A stretch of 20,648 nucleotides of DNA from Sandaracinaceae bacterium (GCA_044220955.1 JBGAQA010000111.1:1-20648); one strand, 5' to 3'. Shown: positions 8,676 through 17,963, numbered from the stretch's first letter. A program made the numbers and translations. Notes: generated from the letters alone by a model not told the origin.

Positions 8676-9524
8676 ATGGCGACCACGATTCGCTTGGTGT
8701 GGATGCTCGCGCTCGCGACAGCGGCGGTCTCTCCGGCGGTGACGCACGCGCAGGACTCGGTCCCCGCGGGGCTCTCGAGCGACGAGGAAGCGCGGATGCG
8801 CTTCGAGCTCGGGCGCCGCTACTACGACACCGGCCGCTTCGCCGACGCCGCGCGCGAGTTCGAGGAGTCCGCGCGCCTGAGCGGTCGCACCGAGCTGCTC
8901 TACAACCTCTTTCTCGCCTACCGCGACGCCGGCGAGGACGAGCACGCGATCGACACGCTGCGCCGCTACATCGAGTCGCTCGATGCGGGCGAGCGCCGGA
9001 CGCAGCTCGAGTCCCGGCTTCACGTGATGGAGGAGCGTTTCCACTCCACGTCGACCGCGGAGCCGACCGGCACGGCGACGGAGCCGACCGGCACGGCGAC
9101 GGAGACGACCGGCACGGCGACGGAGACGACCGGCACGACCACGGCGGCGACCGACGCTACGCAGCCCGCGTCGTCCGGCGCGGGCGGTCTCGGGGTCGTG
9201 CCTTGGTTGGTGATCGGCGTCGGCGGCGCGCTCATCGTCGGCAGCGTCGTCACGGGCGTGCTCGCGCTCGATGCGCGCTCCACGCTCGATCGCATGTGCA
9301 CCGCGGACGGCGCATGCCCCGCGGGCTACGAGTCGACTCGCTCGAGCGGTCAGGCGCTGTCGATCACCACCGACGTGCTCTGGATCGCGGGCGGCCTCGC
9401 CGCCGCCACGGGCATCGTGCTCGCGATCGTCGACGCGACCTCGGGCCACGCCGACGCGCCGGTGACCGCGGGCCTCTTCTGCACCGACCGAGGCTGCCTC
9501 GCCTCGGCCCAGGGGAGCTTCTGA
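8676..9524 (+). CDS. Secreted TPR-like protein with Thr-rich linker, two Gly-rich hydrophobic segments and C-terminal ..GSF (282 aa)
   Basis: ATG 8676 after GAGGGG. Signal peptide ending THA|Q. TPR-like helices ARMRFELGRRYYDTGRFADAAREFEES..LLYNLFLAYRDAG..AIDTLRRY. The architecture resembles myxobacterial TPR/PEGA proteins. Confidence 0.85.
   Translation: MATTIRLVWMLALATAAVSPAVTHAQDSVPAGLSSDEEARMRFELGRRYYDTGRFADAAREFEESARLSGRTELLYNLFLAYRDAGEDEHAIDTLRRYIESLDAGERRTQLESRLHVMEERFHSTSTAEPTGTATEPTGTATETTGTATETTGTTTAATDATQPASSGAGGLGVVPWLVIGVGGALIVGSVVTGVLALDARSTLDRMCTADGACPAGYESTRSSGQALSITTDVLWIAGGLAAATGIVLAIVDATSGHADAPVTAGLFCTDRGCLASAQGSF
9058..9137 (+). repeat. In-frame 21-bp tandem repeat (about 3.8 copies) encoding TE(P/T)TGTA
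   Basis: CGGAG(C/A)CGACCGGCACGGCGA units start at 9058, 9079, 9100 and 9121 (the last is partial). Confidence 0.9.
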
Positions 9525-9526
9525 TC

Positions 9527-11764
9527 ATGTCGCGCATCACGCTCACCCTCGGCGCTCTCGGTATCGTCGCGATCGCGGGCCCGGGTTGCACCGCGATCAC
9601 CGACTTCGGCCACTTCCACGCGGGCGAGGGAATCGACGGAAGCATCGACGGCGGTGGTGGGATCGATGGCGGAGGCCTCGACGTCGGTCCGCACGATGGT
9701 GGACCCGACACGGGCATCGCCCTCGACGCCGGTGTCGATGGGGGGGCCGACGCCGGCCTCGACGCCGCGCTCGTGTGCACGCCCTCGTGCGGCGCCACCG
9801 AGGCGTGCTGCATGGGCACCTGCACGGACATCGGCTCGGTCACCAACTGCCGCGGGTGCGGTACGGTGTGTCCCGACTACGACCACGCCTCGCCGCGCTG
9901 CGACGCGACCGGGTGCGCGTCCGACTGCGAGAGCGGCTACATGGATTGCGACAGCATGCCCTCGACCGGGTGCGAGCGCAGCGTCACCACGGTCACCGAC
10001 TGCGGGACGTGCGGCCACGCGTGCGGCGCGGGCGAGGTCTGCAGCGGCGGGACGTGCATGTCTGGCTGCGGGACCCAGACCAACTGCAGCGGCACCTGCG
10101 CGAACACGGCGACCGACGTCGACCACTGCGGGACGTGCATCAACCGGTGTCCGGATGTGGCGAACGCGACGCGGGCGTGCACCCTTGGCGCGTGCAGCAG
10201 CGTCTGCGTCGTCAACTACCAGGACTGCAACGGCAACATGGCCGACGGATGCGAGCCGCTCGTCACCATGTACGTCGACAACGACAGTGACGGGTTCGGC
10301 GACCGGAACGATGTCGGTGCGCTGCGCTGCCCAGGCACGCCGGGGTACTCGACGTTGCGATCCGACTGCGACGACGCAGCCGTCTCCGTCAGCCCCGCGG
10401 CGACCGAGCGATGCAACGGCGTCGACGACAACTGCAACGCGCAGACGGACGAGGGGCTCCTCTGGAGCGGGCTCGCGCTGGGTCAGCCGTGCGCGTGTGA
10501 GCCGGGCGCGGCCAGCGGCGTGGTGATGTGCATCAGCGGCGCTCCGGGCTGCACGTACACGACCGAGGTGTGCAACGGCCGCGACGACGACTGCGACACC
10601 ATGCGCGACGAGACGTTCTCTTGCGTCGCCGGCACGATGCAGAGCTGCACCGGCAACCTCGGTGGATGCACCTACGTCGGCAGCATGGGCTGTGACTCGA
10701 CGTGCGTCCCGGGCACGTGCATGCCGCCGAGCGAGACGTGCAACGGAGTCGACGACGACTGCGACACCTTCCCGGACGAGCAGACGTGGCAGATCCAGCC
10801 TGGGGTCAGTGGATTCGGAGGCGCCAATGGACGTCTGCGGGCGAGCGCGCGGACCGGCGGCGGCGCCGTCGTCTGGCTGGAGGACGACGCGTCCGGTCGG
10901 CGCCTCAGCTTCCGCACGTTCGACACCACGGGCGCGCCGACTGGCGTGGTGATCACCCTGGTGTCGAGCCCCACCTCCGAGATCTCGGCGGGGCGCGGCC
11001 TCTTCACCACCGCCGACCTCGGGTTCGACGGCGCCGACTGGCAGGTGTTCTATGCGTTCAACACCGCCCCCGGCGTGACCGAGATCCGGCGCATCCGCGT
11101 CTCGGTGGCTGGGGCGGCGGGCGCTCCGAGCACCGAGGCCACCGGGCCCCAGGCGGTCGCGGTGGCGGTGGGCGCGGGCGGGATCGGCGTGGTCATGGGC
11201 GGTGGCTCGCAGATCCTCGTCGGTGTCTTCGGCGCCGGGTCGTGGGCACGCACGCCCACCGTCGCGGTGAGCGGCTCGAACCTCGACTTCCCGGAGATCA
11301 CGGCCGCGAGCGGCGCGCGCTTCATCGCCGTGGGCGCCGACTACGCCTCGCGCTGGGTCAACTCCGTCCAGTTCGACTCGGGGACGGTGGACGCGACGCT
11401 CCACGTGCTCAACGACGGAAGCAGCCGAGCGTCGTGTTACGTGGCGTGGGACGGCGCCACGGCATCCGCGGTGCTCACCTGCAACCTCTTCGGGACGACG
11501 GTGACCAACGCGATTCGCTACAACCCGAGCACCGCAGCCGTACTGGCGGGGCCGCTCGACACGGGCATGAGCTCGGGCACGCAGCTCGTCGTGGTCGGCG
11601 GGCAGGTCTGGCTCAACCGCCGCGACACGCAGGTGCGCCTGCAGACGGCGACGATGCGGCTCTTCCCGGAGTCGTACGGACGCAACTGCTACGACTTCGC
11701 GCCCATCGGATCGACCCCGATCTGCTTCAACGACGGGATCACGCAGCAGTACACCTGTCCCTGA
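9527..11764 (+). CDS. Cys-rich surface lipoprotein (745 aa): DAG-rich linker, CxxCGxxC repeats, putative metal-binding (Cu-binding_MopE-like) repeats, beta-rich C-terminal domain
   Basis: ATG 2 nt after the upstream stop. Signal peptide with lipobox-like GPGC. Repeats NCRGCGTVC, DCGTCGHAC, HCGTCINRC; YVDNDSDGFG; three ExCNGxDD(N/D)C..DE units. The ORF-track extension to 8207 is not the real start. Confidence 0.85.
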   Translation: MSRITLTLGALGIVAIAGPGCTAITDFGHFHAGEGIDGSIDGGGGIDGGGLDVGPHDGGPDTGIALDAGVDGGADAGLDAALVCTPSCGATEACCMGTCTDIGSVTNCRGCGTVCPDYDHASPRCDATGCASDCESGYMDCDSMPSTGCERSVTTVTDCGTCGHACGAGEVCSGGTCMSGCGTQTNCSGTCANTATDVDHCGTCINRCPDVANATRACTLGACSSVCVVNYQDCNGNMADGCEPLVTMYVDNDSDGFGDRNDVGALRCPGTPGYSTLRSDCDDAAVSVSPAATERCNGVDDNCNAQTDEGLLWSGLALGQPCACEPGAASGVVMCISGAPGCTYTTEVCNGRDDDCDTMRDETFSCVAGTMQSCTGNLGGCTYVGSMGCDSTCVPGTCMPPSETCNGVDDDCDTFPDEQTWQIQPGVSGFGGANGRLRASARTGGGAVVWLEDDASGRRLSFRTFDTTGAPTGVVITLVSSPTSEISAGRGLFTTADLGFDGADWQVFYAFNTAPGVTEIRRIRVSVAGAAGAPSTEATGPQAVAVAVGAGGIGVVMGGGSQILVGVFGAGSWARTPTVAVSGSNLDFPEITAASGARFIAVGADYASRWVNSVQFDSGTVDATLHVLNDGSSRASCYVAWDGATASAVLTCNLFGTTVTNAIRYNPSTAAVLAGPLDTGMSSGTQLVVVGGQVWLNRRDTQVRLQTATMRLFPESYGRNCYDFAPIGSTPICFNDGITQQYTCP

Positions 11765-11849
11765 TCCAGGGCCGCGCGGGCCCGAGCGCCGTGCCGATGC
11801 CGGGGCACACGCTCTCTCTCTCGCTCGTCGGTGGGGAGCATGATCTGGA

Positions 11850-12947
11850 TCAGCCCCCCACCAGGCTCATGCCGACCGCCGCGTGAGCGCCCGCATGTCC
11901 CTCGGCGAACGCATGCTGCGCGGCCTTCGTGCGAAGCGCGGCGTGCAAGGCCCAGGCGAGCTCGAGGTCGTCGGGCGTCGAGCGGATGATCTCGCGCAGA
12001 TCGACGCCGTCGGGGCTCCCGAGGCAGCCCCGCAGCGCGCCGCGGGCGGTGATCCGGATCCGGTTGCACTCGGCGCAGAACGGGCGGGAGGTCGCGGCGA
12101 TCAGGCCGACCTTTCGACGGGAGCCGTCGCGCGCGGTCGCGTAGGTCGCCGGGCCCGCGCCGGAGGGCGGCGGCAGGGCGCCGGCGACGCGCGCCGCGAG
12201 GGCGGCCTGGATCTCCGAGGCCGGGACGAAGTCGCTCGCCGGCAGCCGTGCCGCCTCGCCGATGGGCATCAGCTCGATGAAGCGCGGCGTGACGCCGAGC
12301 GACCATGCCCAGTCCACGAGGTTCGGGATCTCGTCGAGCGACGCACGGCCGAGCACGACGGAGTTGAGCTTCACCTCGAGGCCGGCGTGCAGCGCGGCGT
12401 GGACGCCGGCGACGACGGTCGCGAGCGAGCCGCCGCGGGTGATCGCCTCGAAGCGCGCCGGATCGAGGCTGTCGACCGACACGTTCACCGAGCCGAGCCC
12501 CGCCTCGCGCAGCGGCCGCGCGAGCTCGGCCAGGCGCATGCCGTTCGTCGTCAGCGCCAGGTGCAGCGTCGGAGCCGCGAGCCGCACGAGCCGCACCAGG
12601 TCGACCAGGCCACGGCGCACCATCGGCTCGCCGCCCGTGAGCCGCAGCCGCGTGACGCCGCTCCGGGCGAGCAGGCCGGCGACGCGCGCGATCTCCCCGA
12701 AGTCGAGCAGTCCGGCCGATCGTGCGTGGTCGCGCTCGCCTCGCGGGGGCATGCAGTACACGCACGCGAGATCGCAGCGATCCGTCACGGAGAAGCGCGC
12801 GTACGTGATGTGGCGCCCGAGCCCGTCGATCAGCGCGCCGGGGATGCGCGCGAACCGGGCGGGACGTGGCGGGGGCACCACGACCGCTGCGCCCTCGCAG
12901 GCCGCGGGCAGGGAGCCGAGCACCGGCAGGGCGCGGATCACGGTCAC
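11850..12947 (-). CDS. moaA: GTP 3',8-cyclase MoaA (radical SAM)
   Basis: SVTDRCDLACVYCMP (CxxxCxxC), RLTGGEP, TTNG, NVSVDSLD, RFIELMP, FCAECNRIR..C and C-terminal MSLVGG. The exact start (GTG 12947 or 12941) is uncertain. Confidence 0.95.
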   Translation of the reverse strand: MTVIRALPVLGSLPAACEGAAVVVPPPRPARFARIPGALIDGLGRHITYARFSVTDRCDLACVYCMPPRGERDHARSAGLLDFGEIARVAGLLARSGVTRLRLTGGEPMVRRGLVDLVRLVRLAAPTLHLALTTNGMRLAELARPLREAGLGSVNVSVDSLDPARFEAITRGGSLATVVAGVHAALHAGLEVKLNSVVLGRASLDEIPNLVDWAWSLGVTPRFIELMPIGEAARLPASDFVPASEIQAALAARVAGALPPPSGAGPATYATARDGSRRKVGLIAATSRPFCAECNRIRITARGALRGCLGSPDGVDLREIIRSTPDDLELAWALHAALRTKAAQHAFAEGHAGAHAAVGMSLVGG

Positions 12948-12971
12948 GATCTACGGCCGGGCCGCAGCCGA

Positions 12972-12991
12972 GACATGACATCGATCATGTC
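12972..12991. promoter_or_regulatory. Perfect inverted repeat GACATGA-N6-TCATGTC between divergent moaA and the NarM-like gene; candidate operator
   Basis: Relatively AT-rich palindrome near the centre of a 74-bp divergent intergenic region. Confidence 0.45.
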
Positions 12992-13021
12992 GGCCCGCGC
13001 GCGGGTGACGATGTGGGGCGT

Positions 13022-13420
13022 ATGCCGCTCGGGACCGTGTATCGATTCGAAGGGATCGCGGACGATCTCGACCTCGTCCCTCTCGCCGGCCGGCGCGCCC
13101 TCGACGCGGCCGGGCTCAAGGTCGGTCTGGCCGCGTGGCGGGCGATGCCGCTCGAGGGGCGGTCGGCCATCGTGGCTGCGGGCGCGGCGGAGACGATCGA
13201 CACGGCGCAGGTGCGCTCGCGGCTCGTGGGGGTCGAGACGACGCCGGTCGAGGCCGCGCCCGAGCCCGATCCGGCCGCGGTCGCCGACGCCGCCGCGCGC
13301 TTCTCCATCGACGTGGCCGCGTGGTCGGCGCTCCGCGCCCTCGACCGGTGGGCGATCGCGAGCCTCGCACGTCGCGGCAAGGACGAGTCGGTGAGGGCGC
13401 TCCTGGCCGAGCTCGCCTGA
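13022..13420 (+). CDS. Nitrate reductase-associated (NarM/Nitr_red_assoc-like) protein, 132 aa
   Basis: YRFE..LDLVPLAGRRALDAAGLKVGLAAW and WSALRALDRWAIASLARRG resemble the recalled family pattern (FE..LxxIPxxxRxKLDxxGxKLxLxxW ... WxxLxxLxRFALxKLxR). Lies between moaA and moaD. Confidence 0.65.
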   Translation: MPLGTVYRFEGIADDLDLVPLAGRRALDAAGLKVGLAAWRAMPLEGRSAIVAAGAAETIDTAQVRSRLVGVETTPVEAAPEPDPAAVADAAARFSIDVAAWSALRALDRWAIASLARRGKDESVRALLAELA

Positions 13421-13439
13421 GGGCAGCCCTCGTGCGGGA

Positions 13440-13694
13440 TCACCCGCCCGCGACCGGCGGGATCAGCGCGACCACCGCCCCGCTGCGGATCGCTTCGTCG
13501 GGCTCGGCGAAGGACTCGTCGATGGCGAAGCGAACCGTACCGAGCCGCCCTGCGAGGATCGGGCGCGCTTGCTCGAGCCAGCGCATGAGGTCTCGCACGC
13601 TCCGCACGTCGTCGGGAAGGTGCACCGACTCCTCCGACACCCCGGTGAGCTCGCGGAGCGCGGCGAAATAGAGCAGGGTGATCGACCGACTCAT
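13440..13694 (-). CDS. moaD: Molybdopterin synthase sulfur carrier subunit MoaD (84 aa)
   Basis: LLYFAALRE at the N-terminus and VALIPPVAGG diglycine at the C-terminus. Ubiquitin-like size. Confidence 0.93.
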   Translation of the reverse strand: MSRSITLLYFAALRELTGVSEESVHLPDDVRSVRDLMRWLEQARPILAGRLGTVRFAIDESFAEPDEAIRSGAVVALIPPVAGG

Positions 13695-13851
13695 GATGGA
13701 CGCCTCGCGGGGGATCCCGCACCGGACTGAAGATAGGGGAACGCGGGAGGTGTTGGCGACGATCGATTCGCGCGTGTCCGTGACGGGGCCGACGTCGCGA
13801 GCGCGCGCGAGGTGGCTCACGCCTTCGCGCCCGGCGTATTGACGCCTCGGC

Positions 13852-15929
13852 GTGCCATCGTCGAGCCTGTGGGCTGTGGGGCGGCCAGCCACAGGGCTCG
13901 CGACGGTGCTCGCAGTGTCCGCGATGCTCCACGGGTGCTCGCTCGCCGTTCCCTACCCCGAGCCGCAGGTCGAGGTCTGTGACGATCACGAGGACGACGA
14001 CCTCGACCGGGCGATCGACTGCGACGACCCCGACTGCAACGGCGCGGCGGCGTGTCTGCCGCAGATCCCGTGGCTGGCCGCCGGGATCCCGACGCTCGCC
14101 CCCCCGCGATCCCATGCGGCCCTGGCTGGCGTGCGATCGCCACCGCGGACGGCAGCACCGCATGTGACCCGTATCCGGATGGGGTCCCCTCGCCTTGCGG
14201 GCCTGGCCTGGCGCACTTCCCCGGCGAGGCGGGCTGTGAGCCGATCGGCCGCGCCTGTCCCGCCGGCGAGTGGCCCGAGGATCTGCCGTCCACGGGCGTC
14301 TACTACGTGCGGCCCGGCGCGACCGGCGACGGCACGCGTGACTCACCCGCGGGTCAGTTCGTCGTGCCCGGCCCGAGCGCCGCTCCGGTCGTCATCGCGC
14401 TGGCGCGCGGCGTCCACCTGGTCCCCCAGCTCACCCTGACGGTCCCCACCACGATACGCGGCGTGTGCGCGAGCGACACGACGCTGCGCTTCTCCTCCAG
14501 CGAGAGCAACCTCGCCATCTTCGCCCCGAGCATCGCCGGCGGACCCCTCGCGATCGAGGATGTTCGCATCGAGGTCTCCGGCGTCGGCGTGGGCGTCCGC
14601 GCCGAGAACGCGCTCACCTTGCGAGGCGTCGAGTTGGTCGGCGCGCGCTCGACCGGCGTGCTCGCACTCGGCACCGGGGACGGCGCCCGCTTCGACGCCG
14701 AGGGCGTGGTCGTCTCGGGTGTGGGCCCGGACCCGAGCGGACTGCTCGGCTTCGGCATCTCGCTCGGCGCGGACGTGCAGGCGCGCCTTCACCGCGTGAT
14801 CGTGGAGCACGTGCATGCGGCCGGGATCACGGGCGGCTCCGTCGCGCTCGCCGATGTCGTCGTGCGCGACGTGCAGGAGGTCGTCGGGACGGGGGCGAGC
14901 GCGTATGGCGTCGGCTCCACGGGCCTCGTCACGATGAGCGAGGTCCTCGTCGAGGGCGTCGTGGGAACGGGCGTCATCGCGCAGGGCCCGACCACGATGC
15001 GCGATGTCCTGGTGCGCGACGTGCGCTGGCCGGCCGGTGATCTCGCCGGCTCGGGCGTCACGGTGCTGCTCTCGGGCCGGCTCGATGCGCGCGGCCTGTC
15101 GATCACCGACGTCGACCGGCACGGACTCGTCGTCGTCGGGCCTGCGACGGCGCGAGTCGAAGACCTGATCGTGCGTGACGTGCGCGGTCCGGGCCCCTTC
15201 TCCGCGGGCGTCTTCGTCGGCAACACCACCCTCGAGCTCGCGCGGGCGCGCGTGGAGAGCGCGACCATCGGCGTGCTCGCTCTGATCGGCGGCTTCGTTC
15301 GCGTGACGGATCTGTCCGTCGAGGCGACCTGGCTGGGCGGCGTCGTGGCCGGCCGCGGGAGCGAGATCGATCTGGCCCGCGGCATCGTCGATGCGGGCAG
15401 CGGCGCGGGGATCGTCGCCGACGGTCGCGGCTCCTCGATCGCGATCGAGGACGCGCTCGTCCGTGCGACGGTCGCGTCGTCCGACGGCACGCTCGGCTAC
15501 GGAGTCGCCGTGCAGGACCACGCGATCGCCGAGCTCGACCGGCTCTGGATCGATCGCAGCGCGTCGGTCGGGCTGCTCGTGACCGGCGACCGAACGCGCG
15601 TGGTCGGCGCCGATCTCGTGGTCGCGTCGACCGGGGCGCCCGAGTGCGCGTGCGGCGGCGGCGTCGGCGTCCTGCTCGCCGAGGGCGCGCGCCTCGCCGT
15701 CGGCCGGACCGCGGTGGCGGGAGCGGCCGCGTGCGGGATCGAGCTCGTCACGCCCTCGACGCTCGAGTCGCACGGCGCGGAGGTCAGCGACGCCCCGCTC
15801 GGCGCGTGCGGTGCCGAGCTCCGCGAGGGCGCTCCCGACGCGCGTTTCTCGTATCGAGGCACGGGGGCGCCCACAGGCTCGACCGCCCCGGCGCTGCCGG
15901 TGCCGTTCGTCGTCCCGGAGGCGCGGTGA
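13852..15929 (+). pseudogene. Beta-helix surface lipoprotein, frameshifted at a C7 run (14099-14105); could be a pseudogene, a phase-variable gene or a sequencing error
   Basis: The frame of ORF 13852 gives a signal peptide with LHGC plus EVCDDHEDDDLDRAIDCDDPDC. The frame of ORF 14052 continues AIPCGPGW..CDPYP..YVRPG. Adding one C joins them into a protein colinear with the paralog at 15929. Confidence 0.85.
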
Positions 15930-17950
15930 TGCGCCCGCTGCTCGCGCTCGCGCTCGGCCTCGCGAACGTCGGCTGCTCGCTGACCGAGACGTACCCGGCC
16001 GCCGACACCGAGGTCTGCGACAACGGTACCGACGACGATCTCGACGGCGCGACCGACTGCGCCGATCGCGCGTGCAACGGCGTCGCTCCCTGCGCGCCGC
16101 GCTACGCCTGGGCGGGTGACGCGCCGCCCGTCGAGGCCCCGCGCATGACCTGCCCCTCGGGGTGGCGCTCGGACACCGACCCGGGCGGCATCACCACGTG
16201 CGATCCGTACCCGGAGGAGGGCCCGCTCGGCTGCGTCTCCGGCTGGGCACACTTTTCGGGCGAGCCGGCGTGCCGCCCGATCGGGCGCCCCTGCGCGACC
16301 GACGGCTGGCCCACGGATCTGCCCGGGACGGGCGTCTGGTACGTGCGCCCAGGCGGGACCGGACCGGGCACGCGGGAGTCTCCTTCGGGCTCGCTCGCCG
16401 ACGCCCTGCGAACCGCCGCCGCGAGCGGCGGAACCGTGGCGCTCGCCGCGGGCACCTACTCCGAGGGCGCCGCGCTCGTCGATGGGACCGCAACCCTGCG
16501 GGGCGCCTGCGCGGCCGACACCCTGATCCAGGTCGCCGACGGTCTGGTCGCGTGGGTGGCCGCCGGCGCGACGCTGACGATCGAGGACGTGCAGCTGCAC
16601 AGCGGCGGCGCGGCGGTCGGCGTGCAGGTGGCGGGGCACGCGGCCCTTCGCGGCGTGCTCCTCGACGGCGCGGCCGGGATCGGCCTCTTCGCGTACGGCG
16701 GGACGGCGCGGGCAGGGCTCGACCTCGAGGACGTGGTCGTGCGCAACGTCGGCCCGAACGCCGTGGCCGGCGGGATCGGGATCGCGGGGCAGACGGGCGT
16801 GGACCTCCGCCTGGATCACGTGATCGTCGAGGACGTCCAGATCGCCGGGCTCGCGGTGTTCGACGCGCTCGGGAGCGTCACGGGGCGCGACGTCGTGGTG
16901 CGTCGGGTGCGCGACGGGCTCGGCGTCCTCGCGGCCGTTCCGACGACGCTCTCCTCGAGCCTGATCGAAGACGTGGTGGCCTACGGCCTCGCGCTCCAGT
17001 CGAGCGCCGTGCTCGAGGACGTCGTGGTGCGCGGCGTCGCCCCGAACGCGTCGACCGGCAGCGACGGCGTCGGCGTTCAGAGCTCGAGCGCCGGCACGCT
17101 CGAGGGCCAGCGTCTCGTCGTCGACGACACGCATCAGGTCGGCCTCGTCGTGGTGAGCCCGGCGCACGCGAGGCTCGAGGACGTCGTCATCCGCGGCACG
17201 CGCGCTCAGCGCGTCGATGGTCGCTTCGGCCGTGCGCTGGTCGCGATCGCGTCCGGTGTCGAGGTGACGCGGCTGGCGATCGCCGACGCGGACGACGTCG
17301 GAGTCCACGCGACCGAGGGCGCGACGCTGCGGCTCGCGGACGTGAGCGTGAGCTCGGCGCGGCTCGGCGGGATCGTGTGCGACCACGGCGCGGCGATCGA
17401 CGTGCGCCGCGCGGTGGTCCGGGACGTCGAGGGCATGGGCCTGGCCGCGCTCGGCCGGGGTGCGACGCTGGTCGCGGACGACGTCCTCGCGGTGGACGTC
17501 GCGGCGCGCGCCGATGGCTCGCTGGGCTACGGCCTCGTCGCGCAGGATCACGCGTTCGCGCAGCTCGATCACGTCCGCATCGAGCACGTGGATGTCGCCG
17601 GCGCGCTCGCCCTCGGCGATCGTGCGACCCTCTTGCTCTCGGACGCGATGGTCCGGTCGAGCGCGTCTGCGAGCGTGGGCATCGGCGGCTACGACGGCGC
17701 CGACGTCGCGCTCACCCGCTTCGTCGTGGAGGCGGGCACGGCGTGCGGGCTCGTCGCGACCGCGGGGACGACCTTCGAGACCGAGGCCGGCCTGGTGCGC
17801 CTGGTCTCGAGCGCGGCGTGCGGCGACGGCGAGACGATGCCCCCGGGCATCGCCGCCGGCACGCGCTACGCCGACTCGGGCACATCGTGGACGAGCGCGG
17901 CGCCGCCCGCACCGACGATGATCGACGTCCCACCCCTCGACTACCATTGA
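15929..17950 (+). CDS. Lipoprotein with a Cys/Asp metal-binding-like motif and right-handed parallel beta-helix repeats (673 aa)
   Basis: TGATG coupling with the upstream stop. Lipobox-like NVGC. EVCDNGTDDDLDGATDCADRAC. WYVRPG..GTRESP..LADAL..VALAAGTY is a DUF1565/pectin-lyase-like start. Many LEDVVVR-type repeats follow. Confidence 0.85.
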   Translation: MRPLLALALGLANVGCSLTETYPAADTEVCDNGTDDDLDGATDCADRACNGVAPCAPRYAWAGDAPPVEAPRMTCPSGWRSDTDPGGITTCDPYPEEGPLGCVSGWAHFSGEPACRPIGRPCATDGWPTDLPGTGVWYVRPGGTGPGTRESPSGSLADALRTAAASGGTVALAAGTYSEGAALVDGTATLRGACAADTLIQVADGLVAWVAAGATLTIEDVQLHSGGAAVGVQVAGHAALRGVLLDGAAGIGLFAYGGTARAGLDLEDVVVRNVGPNAVAGGIGIAGQTGVDLRLDHVIVEDVQIAGLAVFDALGSVTGRDVVVRRVRDGLGVLAAVPTTLSSSLIEDVVAYGLALQSSAVLEDVVVRGVAPNASTGSDGVGVQSSSAGTLEGQRLVVDDTHQVGLVVVSPAHARLEDVVIRGTRAQRVDGRFGRALVAIASGVEVTRLAIADADDVGVHATEGATLRLADVSVSSARLGGIVCDHGAAIDVRRAVVRDVEGMGLAALGRGATLVADDVLAVDVAARADGSLGYGLVAQDHAFAQLDHVRIEHVDVAGALALGDRATLLLSDAMVRSSASASVGIGGYDGADVALTRFVVEAGTACGLVATAGTTFETEAGLVRLVSSAACGDGETMPPGIAAGTRYADSGTSWTSAAPPAPTMIDVPPLDYH

Positions 17951-17963
17951 CGAGGTAGAGCGC

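Noticed and set aside
8207..9526. N-terminal extension making a 1185-aa ORF
   Set aside because: It overlaps the TPR gene in another frame. The signal peptide and lipobox begin at ATG 9527.
9770..10780. Multiheme cytochrome or ferredoxin reading of the CxxC repeats
   Set aside because: There are no CxxCH motifs (CGTCGH has an extra Gly). The protein is a secreted lipoprotein whose pattern fits disulfide-rich repeats.
11765..11849. Short (CT)n run and possible terminator between convergent genes
   Set aside because: Only about five dinucleotide units and no convincing stem with a U-tract.
13695..13851. Moco riboswitch upstream of moaD (also considered for moaA and moeA)
   Set aside because: No recognisable conserved structure by eye, and the moaA and moeA leaders are too short. 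An Infernal/Rfam search would be decisive.
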